From Octopus sinensis (Eukaryota): DNA of 64,000 bases. The notes under the pieces were generated by a model. It saw nothing but the letters and a program-made list of their open reading frames with translations. It had not been told where the DNA came from and ran no database searches. The DNA is taken from contig NC_043003.1 of the NCBI RefSeq assembly GCF_006345805.1, positions 682,001-746,000 of the forward strand, given 5' to 3'. The translations under genes and the position numbers were made by a program. Positions 50,780 through 64,000 of the stretch are shown here, piece by piece; the stretch's first letter is position 1; every line of letters begins with the position of its first letter.

Positions 50780-51412
50780 TACCACGCTGGGCAAAATGCT
50801 TAGCCGTATTTCATCTGTCTTTACGTTTTGAGTTCAAATTCCACTGAGGTTGACTTTTCCTTTCATCCTTTTGGGGTCAATAAATTAAGTACCAGTTGCA
50901 TACTGGGGTCGATCTAATGGACTGGTACCCTCCCCCAAAATTTCAAGGCCTGTGCCTAGAGTAGAAAAGAATATAATTATTTTAAGGCAGTGAGCTGGCA
51001 GAAACGTTAGCACACCGGGCGAAATGCCTAGCGGTATTTCGTCTGCCACTCCGTTCTGAGTTCAAATTCCGCTGAGGTCGACTTTGCCTTTCATCCTTTC
51101 GGAGTCAATTAAATAAGTACCAGTTACGCACTGGGGTCGATATAATCAACTTAATCCCTTTGTCTGTCCTTGTTTGTCCTCTCTGTGTTTAGCCCCTTGT
51201 GGGTAGTAAAGAAATAAGAAACGTTAGCACACCAGGCGAAATGCTTAGAAGTATTTCATCTATCTATGTTCTGAGTTCAAATTCCGCCGAGGTTGACTTT
51301 TCCTTTCATCCTTTCGAGGTCAATAAATTAAGTACCAGTTGCATACTGGGGTCAATCTAATCGACTGCCCCCTCCCCCAAAATTTCAGGCCTTGTGCCCA
51401 GAGTAGAAAAGA
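50780..51412 (+). mobile_element. Three head-to-tail SINE B copies
   Basis: Three successive GCGAAATGC..AG..GTATTTC...GAGTTCAAATTCC...AAGTACCAGTT blocks. Confidence 0.85.
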
Positions 51413-52372
51413 ACCCTACTGAATAATCTCTCATTTCCTCTCAGTTTTGTGTTTGTTTTACATTCATCTGTTGATGTTGATGTGTAAATCCCATAACAAT
51501 ACCTTATATAACACACACGCATTTCCCACCCCACCCCGAAATCAACATACAAGATTTCAGGTGTGTATCTTGTGTATACAGGTGAGTATAATACAAGGTG
51601 TTAAGCCTCTGGTTTGTTCGTCCTATTCACTTTATTTAAAAAAAAAAGCTTTATTGTTTTAAATTATTTCTATTCTACATCAATATATTTTATATAAGGT
51701 GAAATACCCCTTTATGTGGTACCCAGGGCAAACATCTACTACAGCCCCAGATCAACCAATGCCTTGTGAGTGAATTTGATAGATGGAAACTGTGTGGAAG
51801 CCCTTTCGGGGTCGATAAATTAAGTACCAGTTGCGTACTGAGGTCGATCTAATCAACTGCTCCCCACTGCCATCCACCCCAAATTTCAGCCCTTGTGCCT
51901 AGAATAGAAAACAATATGTAAATTTCAGAAAATGACTAAAACTAACCCTAACCTGGTTTTGTCGTATCACTGGTAACTACATGGTTACACCATCATACTA
52001 AGTTCAGTATTTACTGAAGTTAATTTAGTCTCATCGATATTACTAGCAGTCTATGAAAGACTGATGTTTAAGACTGATATTTATTGGAAATTTAAAGGTT
52101 TATTGATTTTCAATTCAGACAATAGTAATATGACTGCTGTGGAGATAGAGATGAGATTTTCATGCAACGATGTCTACAAGGAGCAGGAGTGGCTGTGTGG
52201 TAAGTAGCTTGCTTACCAACCACATGTTTCTGGGTTCAGTCCCACTGCATGGCATCTTGGGCAAGTGTCTTCTACTATAGCCTCGGGCCGACTGAAGTCT
52301 TGCGAGTGGATTTGGTTATTGGAAACTGAAAGAAGCCCATTGTATATATGTATATATGTGTGTGTGTGTGTG

Positions 52373-52414
<42 letters not shown>

Positions 52415-53099
52415 CTGTGTGTGTGTGTGTGTGTGTGTACCTCTGTCTCCTTGTGTGTGTGTGAACAAATGTTACAGCAATAAAGCCTGTTACAGAAAAC
52501 TCCTTTCATCTGTAACCCTAACCCTGCCTTTGATTAAAATCTAGCACAGATCAACATTGTAACTGCTTTGAATTCAGACCCACAAGTAAATGAACCACTG
52601 AAGATGAAGCCTCTACATCCAACCCCACCCCATTAATGTGTTTTACATTAAAATCTACTTCATTAGAGCTTTGATAATTTTAGAAATATATTAATATACT
52701 TTTGTTAACGAAGGAATTTTTAAACAATTAGGTAAGTATTATTTATGTAATTCAACAGAAACATTTGGCATTTTATTAACGAGGCTAATAAACCCAACCA
52801 ACGAATAGGCTTGTGTTATTAATTTTTCTGAAATTAGTACAACATAATTAAATCATTGTCTCGTTATTTGATGAAACATTCCAAACACTGAGTGTGTGTG
52901 TGTGTTTTACTTGTTTCAGGGCCATGCCAGGGTTACGCCTTGGAGAATTTTTCGCCAAATGAATTGTTCCCAGTCGTTTCTGTTTTTTTTTTTTTTTGAA
53001 AGCCTTTTACTGATTCTATCAGTCACTTTTCCTGAATTGTGAAGTTATGGGGATGTAAACAAACTAACACTGGTTGTCAAGTGGTAGTGGGAGACACAA

Positions 53100-53272
53100 A
53101 CATATATATATATATACACATACACACACGTATATACATACATACATATATACATACATATACATATATATACATACATATATATATACATACATACATA
53201 CATATACATATATATACATACATATATATATATATACACACATACATACATATATATATATACACACATACA

Positions 53273-53308
<36 letters not shown>

Positions 53309-53361
53309 TACACACACATATATATATATATATATACACATATACATATATATATATACAC

Positions 53362-53426
<65 letters not shown>

Positions 53427-53445
53427 CATACATACATACACACAT
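53100..53445. repeat. Compound (TA)/(TACA)/(CA) microsatellite; similar long arrays at 39690-39830, 41090-41390, 42248-42535, 62190-62520
   Basis: Direct reading. Confidence 0.95.
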
Positions 53446-55539
53446 GATTATGATTATGATGATGATGGTGGTGGCAGCAGAAGTGGCTGGTAGCCGCAAC
53501 AGAGCTGCTGCTGATGACAATGATGATGGTGTTCCACATAAAAAAGAAGAGACAGTCATGGCTGGAATGATTTTAACTGCAGTTCCACTAATACCAATCT
53601 AAGCAAGGACTCAGCAACAACAACCACAACAACCACAACAAAGGAACAATTTCCTCAGCTTAACTTTCTCATTCCCTCAAACTTTACTTTTCCAATTCCA
53701 TAATCCCTAATCTCCCCCCCACCCCACCAACAGACGATTCCATTAAGGAATGCTCTATCCTCAGAATGCTTAACGGAAGGTGAAGGTCGTTCAACCAGCT
53801 GCGCTAATTGCAACTGCTTCATGCCATTTGCAATTCCAATGCCATGATGTAATCCTCCAAGACATTGTATAATACACGATGGCGTCTGCTTGGAATGTGG
53901 ATTTTCTCTTTGAGAAATGGTGGGAATGGCAATGGAGAGGCACAGTTGGATTCCTCTCTCTTACTTTGTATTTTATTCTTTTATTTGTTTCAGTCATTCA
54001 GCTGTGGCCAAGCTGCAGCACCACCTTGAGAAATTTTAGTGAAATAAATCAAACCTGGTACTTGTCTTTTTTTTCTTTTTGGGTTTTTGTTAAAGCCTGG
54101 CACTTATTCTATCAGTTTCTTTTGCTGAACTGCTAGGTTAAGTGGAGGTTGGGGACAAACACACACGTATACAATGGGCTTCTTTCAGTTTCCATCAACC
54201 AAACCCATTCAGAAAGCTTTGGTTGGCCAGCGGCTATAGTAGAAGACATTTGCCCAAGCTACCACGTAGTGGGACTGAACCCAGAACCATGTGGTTGGCA
54301 AAGCAAACTTCAGCCTCCAAACAAATCACATGCCACTTCCTATTTTTTCTATTTAAAAAAAAAAAAAATTTTTTTTTATTGTTTTTATTGTGGAGCTTTT
54401 GTGGGACAAATCATGTGACCCTTTGACATTCTGTGTAGACTGAGGAATTAACGGAATTAGGTTAGTTTGGCATAATTGTTCCATTTGAACAATTGGAGAG
54501 AAATGGGAGTGGAGGTGGGGAAGGGGTGGCAGAAGGATGATAAATATACTTTGTCTCTGTCTTTTTCTTGTTTCAGTTATTTGACTGTGGCCATGCTGGG
54601 GCACCATCCTGAAGGAATATAATTAAACTAATCAGCCCCAGGACTTATGGTTCTTTTTTTTTTTTTTGGTCTTTTTTTAAAAGTCTGGCACTTACTCTGT
54701 CAGTCTCTTTTGCCAGACTGCTAATGTTACTGGAATGTAAATGAACCAACACTGGTTGCCAAGCAATGGTTGGGGTGATAACCACAATGACACACACACA
54801 CACACATATATATGATGGTCTTCTCCACAGAACTGCTAAGTCATGGAGAGATAAACAAACCATTACCAGGTGTCAAGTAGTGAAGGAGGACACACACACA
54901 TGAACACTAGGACACACACACACATGCACTCACTTGTGTGTGTGTGTGTATGTTTGTAGATGTGTGTATATGTGTGTATGTATATATATGTGTGTGTATG
55001 TATATATATATATATGTATGTGTATATATAAAATAATCAGGGTGTAAATTCCATTCTGATTTTTTTTTTACTGTCAACAGAAACAAGTCAAGATAGAAAC
55101 TGCATTACCACAAATGTTGTGAGTGGTCAAGTTCTTCTAAACATCTCAAACATGATAGGTTGAAAAATATAATGTACCACCTGTATTTTTTTGTTTTTTA
55201 TGCAATGACCTTAATAGGATGTGATAGAGATTGTTACTCAATCTGCAACTGGAAGTTTTATAAGAGAGATTTTTTCATATGCCTACACATGGAAAACAGC
55301 TCAGACTTTTTGTTCAACAAATTGAACCATTGCATCAAAGCACTGTACTTCTTTGCAAAAGGCAGAAGTACCACGCAACAACAATATCATTAAAGAAGTA
55401 GGCAATGTTCATCCGTGTTCTCATCCCACTATCTCAGAGAGGGTTGTGAGGGTAGAGTTTTCAGACACCTCCTTCATGAGGTGTCCAATCAGAAGCAACT
55501 GTCATTATGCTGGATTCCCAAATATGACCAACTGAAACT

Positions 55540-55842
55540 ATGGACATTATCTAACCATCTCATTCTGGGTTTACCCTAGGCCTCTTGGCTTGAAGAATCC
55601 CTCTTGATTCCTTCCTGCAACATTTTGAACACATGTCTATAGTAGCAGAGCTATGACCTCTCAAAGCAGGGTGAGTAGCTGCTCAACCTGAAGAGACTCC
55701 TTGACCTCTGAGCTATGCAGGCTGTTGAGTGAGGTTACTCCACAGATACTCCAGAGGAACACCCTTTTGACCACTTGTGTTCGTGATCATACTCTTTTGG
55801 TCATTTCTCAACATTTATGACCATAGGTAAGGGGAGACACCA
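55540..55842 (-). mobile_element. Decayed RTE-clade LINE, C-terminal region
   Basis: LTYGHKC*EMTKRV*SRTQVVKRVFLWSICGVT..SSEVKESLQVEQLL and (frameshifted) AKRPR-GKPRMRWLDNV match the RTE C-terminus (LTYGHE.WVMT.R.RSRIQA.EM.FL; GRPR.RW.D). Confidence 0.8.
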
Positions 55843-56183
55843 AAACCAAATAAAGACACAACTTTCCTGCTGTCGAGATTAAATGTCAGAGTTGGCAAAT
55901 TACTTTGGCCAGCCCCTGCAATTCTTGCACCCAATTCAGTTCCCTGCCTCCCATCACTTGTGAATATGAAACAATACCAGCAGACAAAATATCAACAGAG
56001 AAAGGTCAACAGAAGAAGATGAGAGAGATAGCGGGGGGGGGGGACAGGGGAGAGAAATACTTACAGAAACTGTTATCTTGTGATGGAACCGCTTTTGATG
56101 CCCAGATCTTATCTGAAAAGAGAATGAAAATTCAGAAGTCTATAAAACATTGACTGGGACAAAGTGAACAATATGTGTGTGTG

Positions 56184-56236
<53 letters not shown>

Positions 56237-58284
56237 TTAGTGTTCGTGTGTATGTATGTTTATATGCTGTTATATTACTGCATCAGCCACAGATATTTCC
56301 TTAACTATCACCACCATCATCACTTAATGTCCATTTTCTATGCTAGCATGGAAAATGGACATTAAATGATGATGATGTGTTAGTTAAAGAAAGAAACCTT
56401 ATCTTTGGCTGACTTCAGCTAAAAATGCCAATTGACACAGCAACTCTAATGACATTTCTGTATTCTCTGCCACTCCATTACATGTTAAGTTTTCAGGCTA
56501 ATTCCATAAATTCTTGCTGGTATTGGCGTGTTAGTCAAGGCCAGTTTTTTTTATTAAAATGCTTTATCGCAACTTATTAACATCAAGGTAAAACATTTTG
56601 CTACTAATCATTGTTGTTGCTGTTTCCGTCATTAACATTCCAGTTAATTAACTCTAATAACATATTATTTAATTAATTATAATAGCAATGCATTAGTGCT
56701 GTGAGGTGAAAACATCTTAATTAAAAAACATGTCTGAGAAATGAGTCCCGTGAGGTGAGATGACTGTTGCAGTGAGTGTCACTGGCCAATCTCCATGGCA
56801 GGGCCCTTGACATCAGGTTTATGAGGCACAGCTAAACACACCATTTGCTCTGGTGGGTATGACCCAATTACATCCACCCCCATTTTCTGCTGCTTAATCC
56901 CCCCTCCCCCCACTCCTTTGTTTCTTTCTTTCCTTGGTGATGTAGTTATGAGTTTGCTTTTTCTTGGTAATTTGATATTTGATATTTTTAATATTATTTT
57001 TTTCTTGTAAAAAATATTTTGTTAATAAAAACAGTCTAATACCCACCAAAAAAACTAAACAAAAAAATAAGCAAAATGAATATATTTTTTGTAGTGTGCT
57101 AAAGGTACTGAGGTCACGTCTGGGTCAATTTGGTTGTCCACAATCATCTTTAAACTATGGTTGAGTAAAGAAGGGATTTATTAAACATTACACAACCAAA
57201 ATGTCTTGAGGCACAACATTGTTGGTGCAGGTGTGGTGGTGGGGGGGGGGTTAAACATCTGCTTCTAAAGTACACCATTTCAGGTTCAATCCCACTGTGT
57301 GGTGCCTTGGGTGAAGTGACTTCCACTATAGTCCCAGGTCAACCAATGTCATGTGAGTGGATTTGATAGATGGAAACTGAAAGAAGCCCATCATACACAT
57401 ACATGCATGTTTATTTATTATATAGATAAAGGATAGAAAATGGAATGAATGACATTATTCATAATCACTACAATTGTTTCGACACATTTTTACCCCTGCA
57501 GTACATTGGTGTAATCATTATATATCCATCCAGGGTGAAAAATACACCTCCTCATGTAATCGTTTAAATTAGTCCTTCATTAGACCCCACCAACATTTCA
57601 CTCAGTGTTAGAATACAAACTCAAAGTGATGTATCATTTACAGCAGTTTACAGACAATTCTGTACGGTGACACCAGGTAGCCAACAACTGCAGATGGGCT
57701 TTGCATAGCATTCTTCAAGGTTTTTATCCTATTCTTATTTAACACATAAATGCCCAAGTGTGTGCGAGTGTGTGTATGTTTATGTCTCCTGGTATTGGCA
57801 TAGTCTGACAACTGTAAATGAGTGTCACTGTTACACAAGCAGTGTCATTCATCTCTGATATTCAGCTGAAATGTATGTGACCATGAGGTAATATTACCTT
57901 GCTTGGAAACAGGTAAGAGCCGCTGATAGGAAGGGCATTTGGCTGTAAAGAAATCTGCTACCATAGACTTTGTCCGACCCATGCCAGCATGTAAAAGTGG
58001 ATGTTAAAACGATGAGGATGACTCTTTTATATTTTTGGTGTAGATCAGATTCTACGTTCAAGTAAAAAGAAATTTGATTTTTCTTTCATTTTGAAATGAT
58101 AAAAATAACTCCATCGAAGAATTATGAACTCTCTTGAAGACTTCTCTTGCTGTTCAATAGGACTTCTGATCAATAGGACTTGATCAATACCCCAGATTTT
58201 TAAGAGAGAAATAATGGAATTTTGCTATATTCATACTTTTCCTATGCTCATTATTAAGGATTCAACACCTTTTCCTCTGGAGTA

Positions 58285-58484
58285 TTCTTTTACTTGTTTC
58301 AGTCATTTGGCTGTGGCCATGCTGGAGCACCACCTTTAGTCAAACAAATCGACCCTAGGGCTTATTCGTTGTAAGCCTAGAACTTATTCTATTGGTCTCT
58401 TTTCCTGAACCACTAAGTTACAGGCATGTAAATATGCCAATATCGGTTGTCAAGTGACAGTGGGGGACAAACACAGACACACAA

Positions 58485-58515
<31 letters not shown>

Positions 58516-58680
58516 CATATTTATACAACGGGCTTCTTTCAGTTTCCATCTACCAAATCCACTTACAAGGCTTTAGTCAAGCTGAGGCTATAGTAGAAGA
58601 CACTTGCCCAAGGTGCCATGCAGTGGGATTGAACCCGGAACCATGTGGTTGGGAAGCAAGTGTCTTACCACACAGCCAAA
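58285..58680 (-). mobile_element. SINE family A
   Basis: Reverse complement of the A consensus. Confidence 0.9.
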
Positions 58681-59594
58681 GAAATTTAATCATACAAATA
58701 CCACGGATACAATGTGATCTCTAACTAGCATGATGATGATGATGATGATTACAATGGTGATGATTATGATAGTGTTGGTGATGGTGGCAGTGATGATGAT
58801 GGTGGTTTAGCCCCAGGTTAGCTCTGATTTAGAAGATATAAAATCAAAGACATTCCAACCATGATCATCCTACCTTTTTGTATTCATTATTGAATCTATT
58901 GAACATGCCCATCTCTATTGAAGACAGTTGATTGTGCTTTGATGAAAATTTGGCTACTATTTCTAGAAAGTCAAGTGGTCACATAGAAGCGCCCTTGGCT
59001 TGATGATGATGATGATGATGATGACGCTGACATTGTTAGTGATGATGATGACTATGCTGATAGTGCTGGTGGTGTTAGTGATAAAGTGGAGAGCGGGAGG
59101 AATCGTTGGCACACTGGGGGGCAAAAGGCTCAGCAGTATTTCGTCCATCTTTACATTCTGAGTTCAAATTCCACTAGGGTTGACTTTGCCTTTCATCGCT
59201 TTGGCAGTCAATTAAATAAGTACCAGTGATACACTGGGGTCGATGTCATTGTCTTATCCCATCCCTGAAATTGCTGGCCTTATTGCAAGAACAATAGTCA
59301 GAAAGAAGTTAAAAGTCTTCTCCATTCATGCCAAATAAAACAACAGCTCCCCCCTCCTCCTTCCCATCATGCAGCACTGCACAGCAACTTGTTGTTGTTG
59401 TTGTTGCTGTTTAACGTCCGGCTCAGCAGTATTTCTTCTGGTTCTTTACATTCTGAGTTCAAATGTCACTGAAGCCAACTTTGCTTTTCACCCCTTCAGG
59501 GGTCACTAAAAGTACCAGTCAAATATTGAAGGTGGTTGTAACTTCCTTGCCCCTCCCTTTAAAATTGCTTCCTCATGTCAAAATTAGAAATAAT

Positions 59595-59822
59595 TATTTA
59601 TTTCTTTATTGCCCACAGAGGGGCTAAACATAGAGAGGACAAACAAAGACCGACAAAGGGATTAAGCTGATTACATCGACCCCAGTGTGTAACTGGTACT
59701 TATTTAATCGACCCCAAAAAGATGAAAGCAAAGTTGACCTTGGCAGAATTTGAAATCAGAATGTAACAGCAGCCAAAATACCGCTAAGCATTTCACCTGG
59801 CACTAACGATTCTGCCAGCGCC
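59595..59822 (-). mobile_element. SINE family B
   Basis: Reverse complement of the B consensus. Confidence 0.85.
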
Positions 59823-59834
59823 TCAAAGAATTAT

Positions 59835-60180
59835 TAGAGGTACCAGCTCTTCTAGTTCTCTTCTGAGTTCCATGTGAGGGCCTGACATATGCAATGCAGG
59901 ATGCTGGCTTCTTTACGGTGTGGTCTATCCATCCTTTCAGATTTTGCTTCCTGTATTTCCCCGAGGGGAGGCCTTCCTCTCTCAAGTCTTGTTGGTTGCT
60001 GTAACTTTTCTTTTTTCTAGTTAAGGGCTATTGACCATCCCATTTTTACCTCAGAGAAGAGGTGGCCCATATTAGACTGGCCTCCATCCTCTGATCGGCC
60101 TAGGCATTTGCACCCTGCTGGCATGGCTCTCAGGGTTACTGAGATACATCATACCACAAGTACTGGGCCTTGTGCTCACC
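59835..60180 (-). mobile_element. Possible 5' UTR and ORF start of an RTE-clade LINE
   Basis: GAGAGCCATGCCAGCAGGG...GATCAGAGGATGGAGGCCAGTCTAA resembles RTE 5' leaders as I recall them; not verified by alignment. Confidence 0.35.
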
Positions 60181-60599
60181 AATAAAAATACCATGTCCAG
60201 GATTGTGTCTTGGAGAGGAAATTTCCATTTTTATTTTTAAGGAGATTGTAGTTGTTATTTCTAGCAAGTCAAGCCAAAACATGAGAACCCCTCATTGTTG
60301 AGTCGAGTGCAACAATGTACCTTAATTTTCTGTGTAGAACTTAAATTCCAGACATCAGATGCTTTGCTATTGATGCAGCCCACATGGTGGATGATAACAT
60401 AATGCAGCCCCGCCAGTCACAGTATAGGACAATAGACGAAAATGGTGAACAAAAATGCCAGAAATATCTGTGAAGAACAAATTAGAACTGGAAGAATTCC
60501 TCAAAAAGAACTGCTGATTGCTTTTATTATGGTGACATGTGATGGCGGCACATTTAATTGTTAATAGAATTCATGATTCGCTCTCTCTGCATATATTCT

Positions 60600-60779
60600 T
60601 TTATTCTTTTACTTGTTTCAGTCATTTCACTGTGGCCATGGTGGAGCACTGCTTTTAGTCGAACAAATTGACTCCAGGACTTATTTTATCAGTCTCTTTT
60701 GCTGAACCACTAAGTTAAGGGGACATAAACACACTGTTATCAGTTGTCAAGCGATGGTGGGGGAATGAACAGAGACACA

Positions 60780-60837
<58 letters not shown>

Positions 60838-61000
60838 CACACGATGGGCTTCTTTCAGTTTCTGTCTACCAAATCCACTCACATAGTTTTGATCAGCTTC
60901 AGGCTCTAGTAGAAGAAACTTGCCCAAGGTGCCATGCAGTGGGACTGAACCCAGAACCATGTGGTTGGGAAGCAAGCTTCTTACCACACAGCCATTCTTG
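60600..61000 (-). mobile_element. SINE family A
   Basis: Reverse complement of the A consensus. Confidence 0.85.
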
Positions 61001-61078
61001 CACCATAAAATTTTTTAAGGTTAAATTGAAAACTATTCAAGTTGCAGATCAGCACCCAACTTTTTATTGTGGAGTGAA

Positions 61079-61110
<32 letters not shown>

Positions 61111-61546
61111 GCATGCTTTATCTATTATCTTTCCCTTGCTTCAGTCATTAGACTGTGGCCATACTGGGGCATCACCTTGAGAAATTTTAATCAATTGTAT
61201 TAACCCCAGTACTTTTTTTTTAAAGCCTGGTATTTATCCTATTGGTCACTTTTACTGAACCACTAAGTTACAGGGACATAAACACACCAACACTGGTTGA
61301 CAAGAAATGGTGGGGGACAAACGCTGACACACACACACATACACACACACACACACACACACAACACACACACACACACATATGACAGGCTTCTTTCAGT
61401 TTCTGTCTATCAAATCCACTCAGAAGTCTTTGGTCAGCCTGAAGCTATAACAGAAGACACTTGGTTAAAGTGCCACACAGCAGAAATGAACCTGGAGCCA
61501 TGTGGTTGGGAAGCAAACTTATTACCACAGCCACACCTGCACCTAT

Positions 61547-61579
<33 letters not shown>

Positions 61580-61754
61580 TACACACATATACGAAAGTGC
61601 TTCTTTCAGTTTCCATCTACCAAATCCACTCCCAAGGCTTCGGGTTGGCATGAGGGTTTAGTAGAAGATATTTTCCCAAAATGCCATGTATATATATGAT
61701 GTAAACGCTATGGTTGGTTTTCTTTTCCAACTACATTCTATGATACTCTCTCTT

Positions 61755-62292
61755 TACTCTTTTACTTGTTTTAGTCATTTGACTGCGGCCTTGGTGGAGC
61801 ACTGCTTTTAGTTGAGCAAATCAACCCCAGGACTTATTCTTTGGAAGCCTAGCACTTATTCTATTGGTCTCTTTTGCCAAATCGCTAAGTTACGGGGGAC
61901 ATAAACAACCACCATTGGTTGTCAAGCGATGTTGGAGGAGCACATAAAAAGCACCATTTGAATGTGGCCGTTGCCAGTACCCCCTGACTGGCCCTCATGC
62001 CAGTGGCACATAAAAGCACCCACTACACTCTCAGAGTGGTTGGCGTTAGGAAGGGCATCCAGCTGTAGAAACTCTGCCAGATCTGATTGGAGTCTGGTGC
62101 AGCCATCTGGTTCGCCAGCCCTCAGTCAAATTATCCAACCCATGCTAGCATGGAAAGCGGACGTTAAATGATGATAATAGGATAATGATGATACATATAT
62201 ATATATATTTATATATATACATACATATATACATATATATATATATACATATATATACATATATATATATATACATATATATACATATATAC

Positions 62293-62369
<77 letters not shown>

Positions 62370-62880
62370 TATATATATATACATATATACATATATACAT
62401 ATATAACATATATATATATATACATATATATACATATATATATATATATATACATATATACATATATATATATACATATATACATATATACATATATATA
62501 CATATATATATATATATACATGAAGGGCGTTGGCGTTAGGAAGGGCATCCAGCCGTAGAAACACTGCCAGATTTGACTGGGCCTGATGAAGCCTTCTGGC
62601 TTCACAGACCCCAGTAGAACCGTCCAACCCATGCTAGCATGGAAAACGGACGCTAAATGATGATGATGATGATGATGATACATATATATATACATATATA
62701 CATATATATATATATATAAGACGGGCTTCTTTCAGCTTCTATCTACCAAATCCACTCACAAGGCTTTAGTCACCCCGAGGCTATAGTAGAAGACACTTGC
62801 CCTAGATGCCAAACAGTGGGACTGAACCTGGAACCATGTGGTTGGTAAGCAAGCTACTTACCACACAGCCACTCCTGTGC
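61755..62880 (-). mobile_element. SINE family A split by two family-C insertions and a long (TA) array
   Basis: A tail (reverse complement) 61755-61940, C 61945-62175(+), TA array, partial C 62525-62680(+), A head (reverse complement) 62715-62880. Confidence 0.8.
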
Positions 62881-63314
62881 CTATTACAATAAACATAACT
62901 GGAATCTAAACTGTTGGATTCTAGCAAGAAACAGTAGCATTAACCACACACACACACATACACACACACAAACACACATACACACACACAAACACACATA
63001 CACATACACACACACATACACATACACACACACTTGACTTATAATTGGTGATGTCGTGATCTGGTGTTAAGTCGTTATTGTAACGACTCTTTGGCCTCGT
63101 TTCAATTTGGCTTTTGAAGGATTTCACTTCCATTGCTAATTCACTTGGGAAAAACACATTACACCAAACTCTTCTATCGTCCTTCTCCTTAAGAATCTGA
63201 AGACTTTGGCATATTGAAGAAATCAATGCTGCTATAGTTGAGATTCTAAAACGCTACTTGGGACCCAGAGAAAATGGTAACCTGATCTTAAGCACTCTCA
63301 TACACTGAAGTGAA

Positions 63315-63790
63315 CCATGCCATCACCATCATCATCATCATCACCACCACCACTATCATTATTGTCATCATCATCATCACCATCATTATCATCATCGTCA
63401 TCATCATCGTCATCATCATCACCACCATCATTATTGTCATCATCATCATCACCATCATCACACCACCACCATCATTGTCATCATCATCATCACCATCATC
63501 ATCATCGTCATCATCATCACCATCGTCATCATCATCATCATCATCACCACCATCATTATCGTTGTCATCATCGTCATCATCAGGTGTCATCTGTTCTCAG
63601 AAAGTTCAATATTGAGGATCTGCATCTGCCCTTTTTTCTCTGCCATTCTTACACATTCACCGTCATACAACAGTTTCAGTCCATTTCTTGATGTCATCAA
63701 ACCAGTTTGTTCTAGTTCAATGCTTCTCCACCAGGGTCCATATGGCCCCTTTGGTGGCGTCCACATAAGATTTTCCTATTCAAATTTAAG
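63315..63790 (-). mobile_element. 3' end of an RTE-clade LINE with an expanded (TGA)n tail
   Basis: The minus strand encodes RTNWFDDIKKWT..GECVRMAE..RSSILNFLRTDDT* (with frameshifts), running straight into TGATGATGA (plus-strand CAT array 63315-63580). Confidence 0.75.
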
Positions 63791-63849
63791 TACACTTCTA
63801 CAATACACAAAACATTTTAACAATTTTCTTTTTTAATATTTCATATGAA

Positions 63850-64000
63850 AAAAGCACCCACAACACTCACGGAGTGGTTGGCATTAGGAAGGGCATCCAG
63901 CTGTAGAAACACTGCCAGATCAGACTGGAGCCTGGTGCAGCCTCCTGGCTTCCCAGACCCCGGTCGAACCGTCCAACCCATGCTAGCGCGGAAAACGGAC
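63850..64000 (+). mobile_element. Family-C repeat (runs off the window)
   Basis: Matches the C consensus. Confidence 0.9.

Noticed and set aside
51560-51590. 21-nt microexon candidate ending CAG|GTGAGT
   Set aside because: Weak pyrimidine tract and no host gene on that strand.
60352-60470. IRCFAIDAAH resembling a helicase motif II
   Set aside because: It lacks the catalytic DE pair, has a poor acceptor, and no other helicase exons are present.
2211-63691. The many poly-HT, YI, CV, His, Pro, Thr and Val ORFs in the track
   Set aside because: They are translations of di- and trinucleotide microsatellites, which lack stop codons in some frames.

Overview
This is a repeat-saturated eukaryotic window. 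The interspersed-repeat families and microsatellite load point to an octopod cephalopod (Octopus-like), which is my recollection of those families rather than a database result. Only one host protein-coding exon is well supported: the first coding exon of a tetraspanin-family gene on the minus strand (CDS 812-753, MGVLAGLVRCLFILFNFIFW, followed by a GTAAGT donor). The rest of that gene lies left of the window, and its spliced 5' UTR must come from somewhere to the right. The remaining ~63 kb is intron or intergenic DNA. It contains several SINE families, 5'-truncated LINE 3' ends with (GAT)n tails, decayed RTE and CR1-type LINE fragments, mariner- and hAT-type MITEs, fold-back elements, a ~1.38-kb tandem duplication and very abundant (TA)n/(CA)n/(GA)n/(CAT)n/(ACC)n arrays. 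Almost all ORFs in the supplied track are microsatellite or repeat artefacts. The most interesting signal is a set of minimal hammerhead-ribozyme-like motifs with non-canonical cores. One (18558-18602) is a single substitution from the canonical core and sits between 100-bp inverted repeats, as expected for Penelope-like terminal repeats. Repeat coordinates are read by eye and may be off by 10-20 bp.
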